Shown one piece after another: positions 11,292 to 21,861 of a stretch of 64,000 nt of DNA. The stretch spans positions 32,001-96,000 of the forward strand of contig CAVZKL010000018.1 of assembly GCA_963775895.1 (NCBI GenBank). The letters run 5' to 3'. This DNA comes from Candidatus Bathyarchaeota archaeon. GTDB taxonomy: Archaea; Thermoproteota; Bathyarchaeia; Bathyarchaeales; Bathycorpusculaceae. A program made the translations under genes and the position numbers. The notes under the pieces were generated by a model that saw only the letters and a program-made list of their open reading frames with translations, was not told the origin of the DNA and did no database searches. How positions within the stretch are numbered: the first letter of the stretch is position 1; each line of letters begins with the position of its first letter.

Positions 11292-11689
11292 AAGGTATTT
11301 ACGTTCTCATGATCTCGGTTAGCAGAGACATTAACGTCCAAATTGGCGCTCTAGGTCTTCTGCGTTTTGAAAAGGGTTTGTATGCTTATGTCGGTTCGGC
11401 CCAGAATAATCTTGAAAAGAGGGTAGCTCGCCACCTCGGCAAAGTTAAGAAAAAGTTTTGGCACATAGACTATCTGCTCGGCGATGCAAGAGTAACCGTT
11501 CAAAGAGTCCTTACAAGAGAGTCAGGAAAATCTGAGGAATGTGAACTGGCAGATCAGTTATGTCGAGAAGGTTCCCCGGTTCTAGGTTTTGGTTGTTCAG
11601 ACTGCAAGTGCAAGAGCCACTTGTTCAAGATCAAAGGTTATGAATTCTTAAAGGAACGCATGCATGAAACAGTGGTGGAGTCAGTTTGA
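11288..11689 (+). CDS. GIY-YIG nuclease family protein (DUF123)
   Basis: KGIYVL, YAYVGSA, RVARH, WHIDYL, GFGCSDCKCKSHL. Confidence 0.9.
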   Translation: MKGIYVLMISVSRDINVQIGALGLLRFEKGLYAYVGSAQNNLEKRVARHLGKVKKKFWHIDYLLGDARVTVQRVLTRESGKSEECELADQLCREGSPVLGFGCSDCKCKSHLFKIKGYEFLKERMHETVVESV

Positions 11690-12264
11690 AGAAACTCTGT
11701 CCAACCGAGACTGGCTGGTGCGTTTGGATCACAGGCTTGCCTGGCAGCGGCAAGTCTGTCGTGTCTGAAGCATTTTTGGCGTTGCTGTCTGAGAATCGTG
11801 TTCCGGCCCAGTTGCTGTCTTCAGACGCGTTACGAAGGGTGATTACGCCCAAACCGACTTACTCTCTGGACGAACGCGAAGTTGTCTATGCGAGTCTCGT
11901 CTACATTGCCAAACTCTTAACACAGAACGGGGTGAATGTGATTATTGATGCTACAGGAAACCTGCGACGCTACCGTGATACTGCGCGAAGACAAATATCA
12001 AGGTTCATCGAAGCCTACCTCAAGTGTCCCCTAGACATTTGCATGGAACGCGAACGCAAGCGGAAAAAGACTTACCACGCTCCGAGGAGAATATACGCTC
12101 AAGCTTTGAAGCGCAAGGGATCAACCGTGCCAGGGGTGGGACAGCCTTACGAAGAGCCTTTGAATCCAGAAATTGTTTTGGACGCCTCTGCTTGCTCACC
12201 ACGAGAGTGCGCTGAAGCGATTTGGAAAAGGATAATGCAGCTGGAGAGCGAAGAAGAGAAGTAG
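11686..12264 (+). CDS. Adenylylsulfate kinase-like P-loop kinase
   Basis: VWITGLPGSGKS, EAYLKCPLDIC, PYEEPLNPE. Confidence 0.8.
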   Translation: MKKLCPTETGWCVWITGLPGSGKSVVSEAFLALLSENRVPAQLLSSDALRRVITPKPTYSLDEREVVYASLVYIAKLLTQNGVNVIIDATGNLRRYRDTARRQISRFIEAYLKCPLDICMERERKRKKTYHAPRRIYAQALKRKGSTVPGVGQPYEEPLNPEIVLDASACSPRECAEAIWKRIMQLESEEEK

Positions 12265-12429
12265 CCAGTTGTGCAGCCGAAATTGCTGATTCTCTTGAGC
12301 CCTCCCTGAAAATGATCTCTTCTCTGTTGCCTGAAGAGTGATGTGCAGGTGCTATTTGGCGGAGGTTTCAGTCAAAAAACGGAGTTGAGCTTCTCTAATG
12401 ATACTCGGTGCGCTAGATTGCTGTCGGGC

Positions 12430-13041
12430 TCACAGTTTCTTCACGTAGTCTAGAACGGCTTCTCCCTGTTCTTTCGTTATTTTTGATTCCTGAACAAGCT
12501 TTTGCGCTAGGTCGGTGATCTTGGCCAGGGAGCTGACTTTGTAGCCAAGCTTTTCGAGTTTTTCTTTGCCGCGTTGTTCTCTGTCAACGATGACAAGTAT
12601 GTGTTCAACCTTTGCTCCGAGTTCTTCAAGAGGTTTTATTCCCTCAACTTTGGATAGTCCCTCTGTGACCACGTCGTCAAAAAACAGTATCCGTTCACCT
12701 TTTACGATGTCCGAGCCAGCGGTTCTTCCAGTTGCGCCGTAGCTCTTCGTCTCTTTTCTAACGATCACGCAGGGCATGTTTGTTCGGCATGCGATGCTCG
12801 GAAGCATCAAAGCTCCTTTGAGCTCGATCGTTGCCAGTTTGTCCACTCTGTCCTTGGCTGCAATCTGTTTCACTCGTTCAGCGGCTATGTCGACCAAAGT
12901 GCAAAGGTCTTTCGGCGAAGAAAGCACGGACGCTAGGTCAATGTAATACGGGCTCAGAACCCCCGACTTGAGTCGGAACGTGCCAAACTTCAGGCACCCA
13001 GAATTGAAAAGGGCTCCGGCCACTTCTGACGTGATGTCCAT
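12430..13041 (-). CDS. pyrE: Orotate phosphoribosyltransferase
   Basis: FGTFRLKSG.LSPYYID, RKETKSYG, FFDDVVTEG. Confidence 0.92.
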   Translation of the reverse strand: MDITSEVAGALFNSGCLKFGTFRLKSGVLSPYYIDLASVLSSPKDLCTLVDIAAERVKQIAAKDRVDKLATIELKGALMLPSIACRTNMPCVIVRKETKSYGATGRTAGSDIVKGERILFFDDVVTEGLSKVEGIKPLEELGAKVEHILVIVDREQRGKEKLEKLGYKVSSLAKITDLAQKLVQESKITKEQGEAVLDYVKKL

Positions 13042-13256
13042 GATTCAATCATCAACAAGATTATGCGCTTGAAGATTTAACGCTTACCAAGAATGTGAAA
13101 AACGCAGACTGGAACGCGTCAACGTTTGCGTTCTGCTAGGGTCGAAATCTTTATTATAACGGGTCTATATTCGTTTGTTGCACTATCAAAAAGGAACGAG
13201 AACAATCGTCAATAACGCATTGTTCAGATTCCTAGAAGACACGAAGCGGAAATACA

Positions 13257-14269
13257 ATGGGACATCGCAAAACACATGCTCCTAGACATGGTTCTCTCGC
13301 TTATCTGCCTAGGAAACGCGCTGAAAGTTTACTGGCTAGAATACGTTTTTGCCCAAGATCGAATCAGAAACGCCCAGGTTGCTGGGTTTTGTAGGCTACA
13401 AAGCCGGTGGGACACATATATTCACGATAGAGGACCGAAAACGTTCACCGAACTTCGGCAAGGAGGTAATCCTTCCAGCAACGATCTTGGACACTCCGCC
13501 CACGATCGTTTGTGCCGTGAAAGCTTACGCCAAAGACATTAATGGTTTACGAACTTTTGCTGAGGCATGGGTCAAGGAGCCTCCGGCCGACTTGGAACGC
13601 GTGTTCACTCTTCCCGAGAATTTCAAGACGGAAGAAGCTTTGAAGAAGATTGAAGAAAGCCTACCGATGGTTGCGAAGATTCGCGTTGTGGTTATCACTC
13701 AACCCAGGGAAACGAGCGTGCCCAAGAAGAAGCCTGATATGGGGGAGGTTGAGGTAGGCGGCGGCACGGTTCAGAAACAGTTCGAGTACGCGAAGAGTCT
13801 TCTCGGTAAAACAATCACGGCCGCGGAGATATTCAAGGAAGGCCAGTTCGTCGATATCGCCTCAGTGTCAACTGGAAAAGGATGGCAAGGACCGGTGAAG
13901 CGCTGGGGAGTCACGATACTTCAGGCTAAGGGAAGGAAGACAAAAAGAGGTGTTGCAACTCTCGGTCCATGGAACCCTCATCACGTAATGTACTCTGTTG
14001 CTCGCGCTGGCCAGATGGGTTTTCATCAGAGAACGGAGTACAATAAGCGAATTCTCAAGATAGGCAAGGATGGGAAGGAAATAACTCCTAAAGGCGGTTT
14101 CCTCCGATACGGTATCGTAAAGGGTCCATACCTTCTTGTTGCGGGAAGCATTGCGGGCACCGAGAAACGACCGATACGACTACGCTATCCGGCCCGTCCG
14201 CCTAGTGGTTTTGCGGAAGAGCCGCCGCAGATAACTCACATATCATTAGAGTCGCCACAAGGAAGATAG
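13257..14269 (+). CDS. rpl3: 50S ribosomal protein L3 (frameshift near 13350)
   Basis: [54 protein letters not shown]. Confidence 0.97.
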
Positions 14270-14282
14270 GCGGTGCACACTG

Positions 14283-15075
14283 ATGGTCAAGAGGGCAGCG
14301 AAGGTTTTCAACCTCGAGGGAAAACCCGTAGGGAAGATTGAGCTTCCACCAGTTTTCACAACACCGCTCAGGCCAGACGTTATCAAACGCGCGGTTCTCG
14401 CAATACAGTCATCCAGGATTCAGCCGCAGGGCAGAGATCCTATGGCTGGAAAAAGGACAACCGCAGAATCTAGAGGAACAGGCTCAGGAACAGGCCAGAT
14501 TGCCCAGACGTAAGACAGGTGCGGGGAGAGCAGCTTTTGCACCTGGCACGGTCGGTGGAAGACAAGGACACCCGCCTCTTTCAGAGAAGAAGATCCTCAA
14601 GAAAATTCCCAAGAAAGAAAAGAAGCTAGCTTTGTTCTCAGCCATAGCTGCAACAGCTTCAAAAGAACTCGTAGCAAAAAGAGGGCACAACATAGAAGAC
14701 GTTCCTCAGATTCCTCTCATAGTTACCGCCGAACTCGAGGAGTTGAAGAAAACCAAGGAAGTTGAGGAAACTCTCATTCATTTAGGAATCCTGTCCGAAC
14801 TCTTCAGGGTGAGAGAGAGCAGAAAAGTGCGGGCTGGAAGAGGCAAAAGCCGAGGACGAAAGATGAAACAAGCTTCTGGTCCTCTCATAGTGGTGGCAGA
14901 GAACAAAGGGATAATGGAGGCAGCAGGCAACATCCCTGGAGTTGATGTCGCTCTACTAGCAAACCTCAACACCGAAATGCTTGCTCCTGGAACGCATCCC
15001 GGAAGGCTTACCTTGTGGACAAATACCGCGATAGAAGAACTGGCCACGTTGTCAACCAAAGGAGGACGCGCATAA
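14283..15075 (+). CDS. rpl4: 50S ribosomal protein L4 (frameshift near 14490)
   Basis: [41 protein letters not shown]. Confidence 0.97.
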
Positions 15076-15335
15076 TGGACCCTTATGCGGTCATACTTTA
15101 TCCGTTGATGACTGAATCTGCCAGTCTGATGGTTGAAAAAGAAAACAAGCTTGTCTTCGTGGTAGGCATGAAGGCCAACAAATCAGACGTCAAGAGAGCC
15201 GTTGAACAGTTGTACGAAGTGAAAGTCGACGGCGTAAACATCCAGATAACTCCTAACGGAGAGAAGAAAGCTTTCGTGAAACTCAATCCTGAATTCAAAG
15301 CCGCTGACATTGCGATTAGACTGGGAATACTGTAA
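15075..15335 (+). CDS. rpl23: 50S ribosomal protein L23
   Basis: YPLMTE..ENKLVFVV..KKAFVKL; TAATG overlap. Confidence 0.97.
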   Translation: MDPYAVILYPLMTESASLMVEKENKLVFVVGMKANKSDVKRAVEQLYEVKVDGVNIQITPNGEKKAFVKLNPEFKAADIAIRLGIL

Positions 15336-15356
15336 GCTGACATGGAGGACTGTTTG

Positions 15357-16136
15357 GTGGGAAAGAGAATTCGGGTTCAAAGGCGTGGACGTGGCGGTTC
15401 CACATTTCGCGCTTCAACGCACAAGAGAGTGGCACCGTCGAAATACCCTGCGAGTACGAAAGTGAAGGAAAGTTTTGACACATTGGTGACCGGTGTCATC
15501 GAGGAATTGGTTCACGATCCAGGCCGAGGAACACCGTTGGGCTTTGTCAGGTTTAGCAGCGGCGAAGTCTTCTACACCGTGGTTCCTGAAGGGGTTTTCG
15601 AAGGGAAACGGATTCAGTTCGGAGGGAAAGCCGTGGTTGACGTCGGCAACATTCTGCCGATCGGCAAGATCCCTGAAGGCACAATGATTTGCAACATTGA
15701 GCTTCGCCCAGGTGATGGGGGCAAACTGTCAAAATCATCAGGTTCGTACGCTACGGTTGTCACGCACACACCTAACGGAACGATAATCAAGCTGCCGTCT
15801 GGGAAGACAAAGTACGTTGCAGACTACTGCAGAGCAACCATCGGCGTCGTGTCGGGTTCTGGCAGGACTGACAAGCCGTTCTTGAAGTCAGGAACGAAGT
15901 TCCATTTGATGAGGGCAAGAGGACGCAAGTATCCACGGACCAGCGGAAGGAAGATGGTGGCTGCAGTGCACCCGTATGGAAGCAGCAAGAGAAGCGCACG
16001 CAAGGCAACTACCACTTCGCACGGTGCACCGCCGGGACAAAAAGTCGGACTTATCGCAGCCAGAGGAACAGGAAGGAAAGCAAAGAGTGCGCGTGACAAA
16101 GACAAGATCAGTAGACAATCAGAAGGAGAAAGTTAA
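15357..16136 (+). CDS. rpl2: 50S ribosomal protein L2
   Basis: GKRIRVQRRGRG, HDPGRG, ELRPGDGG, APPGQKVGLIAARGTG. Confidence 0.98.
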   Translation: MGKRIRVQRRGRGGSTFRASTHKRVAPSKYPASTKVKESFDTLVTGVIEELVHDPGRGTPLGFVRFSSGEVFYTVVPEGVFEGKRIQFGGKAVVDVGNILPIGKIPEGTMICNIELRPGDGGKLSKSSGSYATVVTHTPNGTIIKLPSGKTKYVADYCRATIGVVSGSGRTDKPFLKSGTKFHLMRARGRKYPRTSGRKMVAAVHPYGSSKRSARKATTTSHGAPPGQKVGLIAARGTGRKAKSARDKDKISRQSEGES

Positions 16137-16169
16137 TAGCATTAAGAACTACGGATCAGGTGAAGAAGA

Positions 16170-16574
16170 ATGCCGAAAGAATTCACGTATCGCGGACTGA
16201 ACTTAAGCCAGCTGCAAGGCATGTCGATGGACGAGTTCATAGATCTTCTGCCCTCGCGCCAGAGAAGGAGTCTCCATCGCGGTCTTCAACCCGAACAGAG
16301 AATACTTCTTGAAAAGGTCAGGAAGGCGAGAGAGGAGTTTCGAAATGGAGGCAGCCCATCCGTCAAGACGCACGTACGCAACATGATTATTCTTCCCGAA
16401 ATGATCGGCTTGACGATCGGAGTTCACAATGGCAAAGACTTCGTGCAAGTTGAAATAAAACCCGAGATGATCGGCCACTACTTGGGCGAATTTGCGGTCA
16501 CAAACAAGCCTGTGAGGCATGGAACCCCAGGCATAGGTGCTTCTCGTTCTTCAATGTACGTTCCGCTGAAATAA
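16170..16574 (+). CDS. rps19: 30S ribosomal protein S19
   Basis: [31 protein letters not shown]. Confidence 0.98.
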   Translation: MPKEFTYRGLNLSQLQGMSMDEFIDLLPSRQRRSLHRGLQPEQRILLEKVRKAREEFRNGGSPSVKTHVRNMIILPEMIGLTIGVHNGKDFVQVEIKPEMIGHYLGEFAVTNKPVRHGTPGIGASRSSMYVPLK

Positions 16575-16588
16575 CTTTTCTCAACTTT

Positions 16589-17014
16589 CTAAGTGGTGTA
16601 ATCTCTGCCAGATGATTTGCTTACGGCCTGCTTGACTTCACTCACCTGAGGCAATGGAATGGGCGGCGGAATATTCAACGTCTTAGAAATGAGAATTGAT
16701 TCGGTCAGGGCAACGTTGGAAACTGACTGCAAGACGACAGGTGGCGGCGGTTTCTTGTCCTCATAATCCTTGTACGCCTTGTCGATCTCTGCCTTGTCTC
16801 CAATAACGAATGCCATGCCCTTCAGGTTTATCTGAGCGACCGAAGGATTGTAGCTTATCGTTAAAACGAACGGAACCTCAAGGGAATTGTCTGGTTTTCT
16901 CTCCATCTGTGTGAGGTTTAGGTTCGTGTTTATTTGAATTTGAGGGAGAGGTTTTCTAATATCCTGAAAGCGTTCGGCTGAGATGCTTGATACGGTAACG
17001 TTTACTCTTAGCAT
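16589..17014 (-). CDS. Conserved archaeal hypothetical protein, possible SecB-like fold
   Basis: Alternating beta-strand pattern, then helix and LNIPPPIPLP; co-oriented after rps27ae. Confidence 0.7.
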   Translation of the reverse strand: MLRVNVTVSSISAERFQDIRKPLPQIQINTNLNLTQMERKPDNSLEVPFVLTISYNPSVAQINLKGMAFVIGDKAEIDKAYKDYEDKKPPPPVVLQSVSNVALTESILISKTLNIPPPIPLPQVSEVKQAVSKSSGRDYTT

Positions 17015-17063
17015 TTCTTGAATCATCAGAAGGTTATCAAAGCTTCGGACGATTTAAAGCTGT

Positions 17064-17384
17064 TCATTCCTTGGCAGGCTTGTACTTCGTAAACCCGCAG
17101 TGCCCACAGGTGTATCTGTTACCATGATCTGCCATGAAATAGCCTAGTCCGCATCTTTCACATGTTGGGCGAAGTCGAACAACCTTGTCATTTTCAACCT
17201 TGTAGAGTTTGAAGACGCCTTTCTCTTCTTTCTTTTTTTTCTCTGGTTTAGGGGCTTTCTCTGCTTTTGCTGGTTTTGCCTCTTCCTTGGGTGCCTCGAC
17301 TTGTGGTGGTGCTACTTCCTTCTTTGCTTCCTTCTTGGGTTCTTCCTTTTTTGCTGCTTCTTTCTTGTCAGGTTTCTTCGACAT
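17064..17384 (-). CDS. rps27ae: 30S ribosomal protein S27ae with Lys/Glu-rich N-extension
   Basis: RLRPTCERCG.GYFMADHGNRYTCGHCGFT. Confidence 0.95.
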   Translation of the reverse strand: MSKKPDKKEAAKKEEPKKEAKKEVAPPQVEAPKEEAKPAKAEKAPKPEKKKKEEKGVFKLYKVENDKVVRLRPTCERCGLGYFMADHGNRYTCGHCGFTKYKPAKE

Positions 17385-17392
17385 TGGCTAGG

Positions 17393-17707
17393 TTACTCCT
17401 TCTTTCCTTCCTCTGTTGGTTTGGGAGGAGGTGGAACGTTTCTCTTGATTACGTATTCTGGTTCGATGAGTTTTGCCTGATCGGCAGAATCGTAAAGGTT
17501 TGCCACTCCAAGGGCGGTGTGCATTCCGGGTCGTGTTTCAAACTTTTTGACAAAAAGTAAGTCGACATTTGCCCTTAAAGCGTCTGCAACTGCCCGTCTG
17601 ATTTCAGGTCTTGGTGGAGTCGCGCTTGCAACGTGGGTGACGTCGAAGCGGATTTCCTTTCGTTTCAATAAGGGGTTGTCTTTCTGTGAGAGTATTTTGA
17701 TTTCCAT
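17393..17707 (-). CDS. rps24e: 30S ribosomal protein S24e
   Basis: NPLLKRKEI, TPPR, EPEYVIKRN. Confidence 0.95.
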   Translation of the reverse strand: MEIKILSQKDNPLLKRKEIRFDVTHVASATPPRPEIRRAVADALRANVDLLFVKKFETRPGMHTALGVANLYDSADQAKLIEPEYVIKRNVPPPPKPTEEGKKE

Positions 17708-17761
17708 GACGTTTCTCCGTTTGTGGTGTTGACTTGATGTTGCACGCTCTTATTTAGCTTT

Positions 17762-18283
17762 TTAGGGAACTTCCATCGACTCCAAGATGTGAGCGATTTC
17801 TGCTTTTTTGTCCGCTGTAACTTTGATCACAACTATCCCCTCGTCTGGTTGTCCGTATATCACGTACGAGTTTTCAGGGGCATGAGCAACGGCAACGAGG
17901 GTTAGCAGGTCTTCTTCGCCGTCAACGACAATCTTGAAGCTTTCATGGTTTTTCAGGGCGTCTTCCACCGCTGTTTCCGCCTCTTCGGTGATCGTTCCTC
18001 GAGGGTTTGTGACGTAGACCGTTCTGTCGGCGAGCAGTCTTGGTGGTCTGGTGCTTTTTCTCTTGGACTTGTTGTCTATTATCAAGAGCTTGGGGGCAAA
18101 ACCGTTTCTTGCAAGGTTTTTGGAGACGGTGTCACCGACGGCGATTATGTTCGGCGGGTCATCTTCTGCAACCATGTCCTTGAGTCTTTTCATCGTCTCG
18201 ACGAAGGATCCTCTTATCAGAATTCCCAGAGGGTGCTTTAGAGCGGTTCGCAGCTGTGGTGTAAGACGGAGTTTAACGGGCAT
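17762..18283 (-). CDS. DUF359 GTP-dependent dephospho-CoA kinase
   Basis: LKHPLG, VGDTV, NPRGTIT, VDGEEDLL, YGQPDEG. Confidence 0.92.
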   Translation of the reverse strand: MPVKLRLTPQLRTALKHPLGILIRGSFVETMKRLKDMVAEDDPPNIIAVGDTVSKNLARNGFAPKLLIIDNKSKRKSTRPPRLLADRTVYVTNPRGTITEEAETAVEDALKNHESFKIVVDGEEDLLTLVAVAHAPENSYVIYGQPDEGIVVIKVTADKKAEIAHILESMEVP

Positions 18284-18284
18284 T

Positions 18285-18470
18285 TCATCTGACCCTTAAA
18301 GCGTAACGTCCTTTCTCTTTTATGTTCATTGCCTTGGCGATGGCTGAACTTTCAGGGTCGAAAACTATAGCCAAGCCGCTGTAATCGTCGCTAAGACTGG
18401 TCGATTTGCATTTTGGGCAAACGTTTTCTTTCGTGAGGAAGTGGCAGTTTGTGCAGGCTTTCTCGCTCAT
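18285..18470 (-). CDS. spt4: Transcription elongation factor Spt4 (RpoE'')
   Basis: KACTNC..CPKC..LSDDYSG..GRYALRVR. Confidence 0.95.
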   Translation of the reverse strand: MSEKACTNCHFLTKENVCPKCKSTSLSDDYSGLAIVFDPESSAIAKAMNIKEKGRYALRVR

Positions 18471-19066
18471 TTGGTTTCACCCTTCTTCTCTGGAGGCTTC
18501 TTCTTTTCCGCTGCCTCTTTCATCTTTTGAAGGTCGGAATCAATCCATTCTAGCTTTCCAAGAAAGGGTTGCCTGGCTGTTACGCCGATCTTGCCTGAAC
18601 TTCCAGCTCGTCCGAGGGAGACTGCGGTTACGCGTACGCGGACTTGGTCCCCGCTCATTAGCCTGCGTTTTGATTCTTTTCCGAGGAGAACTCCCTGTTT
18701 TTCGTCGTAGGATATGAAGTCGTCCATGAGTTGTGAAACGTGAAGGAGGGCGTCGATCGGGCCTATGCGAACGAAGGCGCCGAAGTCGGCGATTTCGACT
18801 ACTTCTCCTTCGACTACTTCTTGGATTTTGGGGTAGAATGTTAACAGTGAGAAGTTGACTCTGTGATAAGTTGCGCCATCGCCGGGGATTATCTTGCCAA
18901 TGGAGCTTACTTTCACTTCTGTCACGGCTATTACGTAGCCAAGCTCCTCGTCGACAACACCCTCGTATTTCGCCTTGACCTGCTGGTATCCCACCGCTTC
19001 TAGTGGGTTGCCAAACGTGTTAGGCGGAATCCTGATCGTGTCTTCCATCGTTATAAGTTTAAACAG
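18467..19066 (-). CDS. rpoE: RNA polymerase subunit Rpo7 (E')
   Basis: DTIRIPP, IIPGDGATY, S1 domain FGAFVRIGPIDALLHVSQ; probable CTG start at 19066. Confidence 0.97.
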   Translation of the reverse strand: MFKLITMEDTIRIPPNTFGNPLEAVGYQQVKAKYEGVVDEELGYVIAVTEVKVSSIGKIIPGDGATYHRVNFSLLTFYPKIQEVVEGEVVEIADFGAFVRIGPIDALLHVSQLMDDFISYDEKQGVLLGKESKRRLMSGDQVRVRVTAVSLGRAGSSGKIGVTARQPFLGKLEWIDSDLQKMKEAAEKKKPPEKKGETK

Positions 19067-19069
19067 GGA

Positions 19070-19495
19070 CTAAATCCTCCCATCAATAGCCAAACGTGAC
19101 TTTTGTCTCACATAGATAACTGGCACATTTATATCTCTTAGCCTGTTGCGAAGTTGCCTGTCATTCGTGAAAACCGGGTACCCGTATTTGCGGGCTGCTT
19201 GAAGAACTGAATCGTCTGTGGAGTCCTCTTTGCGCGGGCCCGTTTCAAGCAATGCACATCTTTCGGCCAGTTGCAGGGCAATAGCTGCTCTTTTCCTCGT
19301 CTCAAGCCTGCCTCGCAAGGCAATCATCTCGAGCTCCCTCTTGACCGATGGGAGTAAGACAAGCTCAAAGTTCCTGTTCAACAGGTTTTTGAGTTCTTCA
19401 AAGATATCAATGTTAAACTGCAGTGGAACAAACAGTGCGTTTGAGTCAAGAATGATTTTTAGTTTCTTCCTCGCAGATTTGGACTCTTTCGTCAT
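19070..19495 (-). CDS. PIN-domain protein (Utp24/Fcf1-like)
   Basis: IILDSNAL, TDD, FTNDRQLR; usual position between eIF2-gamma and rpoE. Confidence 0.9.
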   Translation of the reverse strand: MTKESKSARKKLKIILDSNALFVPLQFNIDIFEELKNLLNRNFELVLLPSVKRELEMIALRGRLETRKRAAIALQLAERCALLETGPRKEDSTDDSVLQAARKYGYPVFTNDRQLRNRLRDINVPVIYVRQKSRLAIDGRI

Positions 19496-19673
19496 TTTGT
19501 CTTGTCAATCCAAAAGGTCTGAGGGCATTTGCTTGCTCATATTCTTATGTCTTTGTCCGTTTATGAATGAAGGATCGACGCATGTTGTAACGGCCTGATT
19601 TATCGGAGGGGGGCGTGCGCCATGAACGAACTAGATCACACCTTAAATACCTCAAGTACGAGAGACTTTGTCC

Positions 19674-20574
19674 ATGGGGTACCAATCGCGGGCAGGGTCA
19701 CGACGAGATTCTGGCAGAGGGCATGGAATTCCGAGACATGAAAAGGCCAAAGGCAAAACCACGGGACACAAACATCGATCCAGTGAGAGGTACAATTTGG
19801 AGGAGAACCAGGTTGCGACCCAGGAAGAGGTTGTTACTGGAACTCTCAACAGGCTTCGTAACCTAGGAAACCAGAGATTTGTCCTTTCGCCGTTCAGTGA
19901 GTATTTCAACGACTGGTTGACAAGCCTAAAAAACGTAATGTCCGAGTTTGAGTCAAATCCCATCATAAGCTTGGATGAACAATTCGTCGAAGAGCGTTCG
20001 CAAATACTCTCGAATGTTGAGGTTGAACTTCAGAAAAGACAACAGAAGGAGTCATCTCGTGAGGGAATTGTCAAGAGTCTCTCTGAAAATAGACTTTTTC
20101 TTGAACGAATCGAAGCAGAATACGCTGCTAGAACGAGAGAGATCAAAGTACAGAAGAATAACGAAATCAAGCGTGTGTCCCGCAAAATCGATGATCTCAA
20201 AGAAGAATTGGATCGCACAACTCGAATAAAAACCGGCATCTTCCGAGCAGTCTCGAAAAAGGCAAAAGCCCAAAAAGTGGCCAGAAGCAACTCAAAGACT
20301 GAAGACCGCACGAGAGGAGCTCGCATCAGTCATGGAGCGAGAAACTGTTGAGCAAGAGAGGCTCAGAGAAGAGAAGGAAAGAAGGAAGCAACCCATCATC
20401 GAACAGGTTCGAGATCAGGAGAAAGTGGTTGAGAGCCAAGAAATCGATGACTCGCTGGAGGCCAGGCGAGTTGCATGCGAATCTCTGATCAAGTCAGTGA
20501 ATATGCTTCTCCAGAGAAAAAGTTCGCTCGCTTCACTAAAGTCGTGTTTACTTTATTATTCCAAAACCTATTAA
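19674..20574 (+). CDS. Coiled-coil hypothetical protein (frameshift near 20280)
   Basis: Basic N-terminus and long Glu/Lys/Arg heptad-like region over two ORFs. Confidence 0.6.
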
Positions 20575-21793
20575 TCGCCATCTTCCTGAGATTTTTCTGC
20601 TCAGTGCAACTCTTGATCCGGGTTGCACACAGACTGGACGGGTGAGCTTGATTTGAACGCTGCTCTTTCTCGATCGAGGACACTTTTCCGACGCTTATGG
20701 CGGCGCCCACGTGTAGAAGAAGAGTTTCGTTCATTGCTACCTGTTCAATCTTCGTGAGCTCTTTTGTGCCCACTGCCGTGTCAAGAATCTGCGTTTCTAA
20801 TAGCAATTCAGAAGTCGTCGGTGGTAACATGCCTGCTTTTCCTGCGATGTTACCGATGAGGCTGTCCGCTTTGGAGTACGATGGATCCAGCAGCGTACCG
20901 ATTCCCACCAGTCCGCCGCAACGCGCCTCAGTGACGCCTCTTCCGCCAGCTTTTAGGCTTACAACTTCGCTGAACAGCGGTTCGTACGTGTTTCTTCCCT
21001 CCACTGGGATTCCAGGTCGTATTTCGATTTCGTCTCCAACGCTGAATTTTCCTTGCACTATGGTTCCTCCAAGAACCCCTCCTGCGAGTTCGTCGATTTC
21101 AGTTCCTGGTTTGTTAATGTCGAATGAACGCACTATGTACATGAATGGCGGTTTTGTTTCATCCCTTTTTGGCGTGGGTATGAACTGTTCCATTGCGTTG
21201 AGAAGGACGTCTATGTTGACTCCTCGTTGAGCAGAAATCGGGATCACCGGAGCGTTTTCAGCCACGGTTCCCTTTACAAAGTGCTCGATCTCAGAGTAGC
21301 TCTGATGTGCCCTCTTCTCGTTGACGATGTCGATTTTGTTTTGAACGACGATGATGTTCTTTATTCCGATTGCTTGTGCGGCAGCCAAATGCTCTCGGGT
21401 TTGCGGTTGAGGGCACGGTTCGTCTGCAGCGATCACCAGTAACGCGCCATCCATTATGGCGGCCCCTGAAAGCATGGTTGCCATCAACGCTTCATGCCCG
21501 GGTGCATCTACAAAACTCACCGCGCGCACAAAAACTGCTTTTGTTCCACACGCGGGGCAGGTCGGTTCTGTCGTGTAGTTTTTTGGCGGTTCGCACTTTG
21601 GACATTTGTACACTGGCATGTCTGCGTAGCCGAGTTTTATCGTGATGCCTCTTTTCAGTTCTTCGCTGTGTCTTGAGGCCCAGACACCTGTTAGCGCTTG
21701 AACCAATGTCGTTTTGCCGTGATCAACATGTCCTATCGTGCCTACATTGACTTCGGGTTGACGAGGCAAAGGTGCACGTTCTTCGTTGCTCAT
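20548..21793 (-). CDS. eif2g: Translation initiation factor 2 gamma (frameshift near 20660)
   Basis: [38 protein letters not shown]; true C-terminus [11 protein letters not shown] in another frame. Confidence 0.98.
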
Positions 21794-21861
21794 TCTCTAT
21801 TTTCCTACAAATGTGAACAAATTATTGAAGGATTAGAATTACTGCTGTTAATAAACAAGAA

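Noticed and set aside
16170-16600. S10-type operon ending after S19
   Set aside because: Splits of this ribosomal cluster are common in archaea
13257-21793. Programmed frameshifting or pseudogenisation of rpl3, rpl4, eIF2-gamma (also fae-hps, acnX, SIS, HAD)
   Set aside because: Essential genes, breaks at unrelated sequence contexts with no shared slippery site; uncorrected sequencing indels are the simpler explanation
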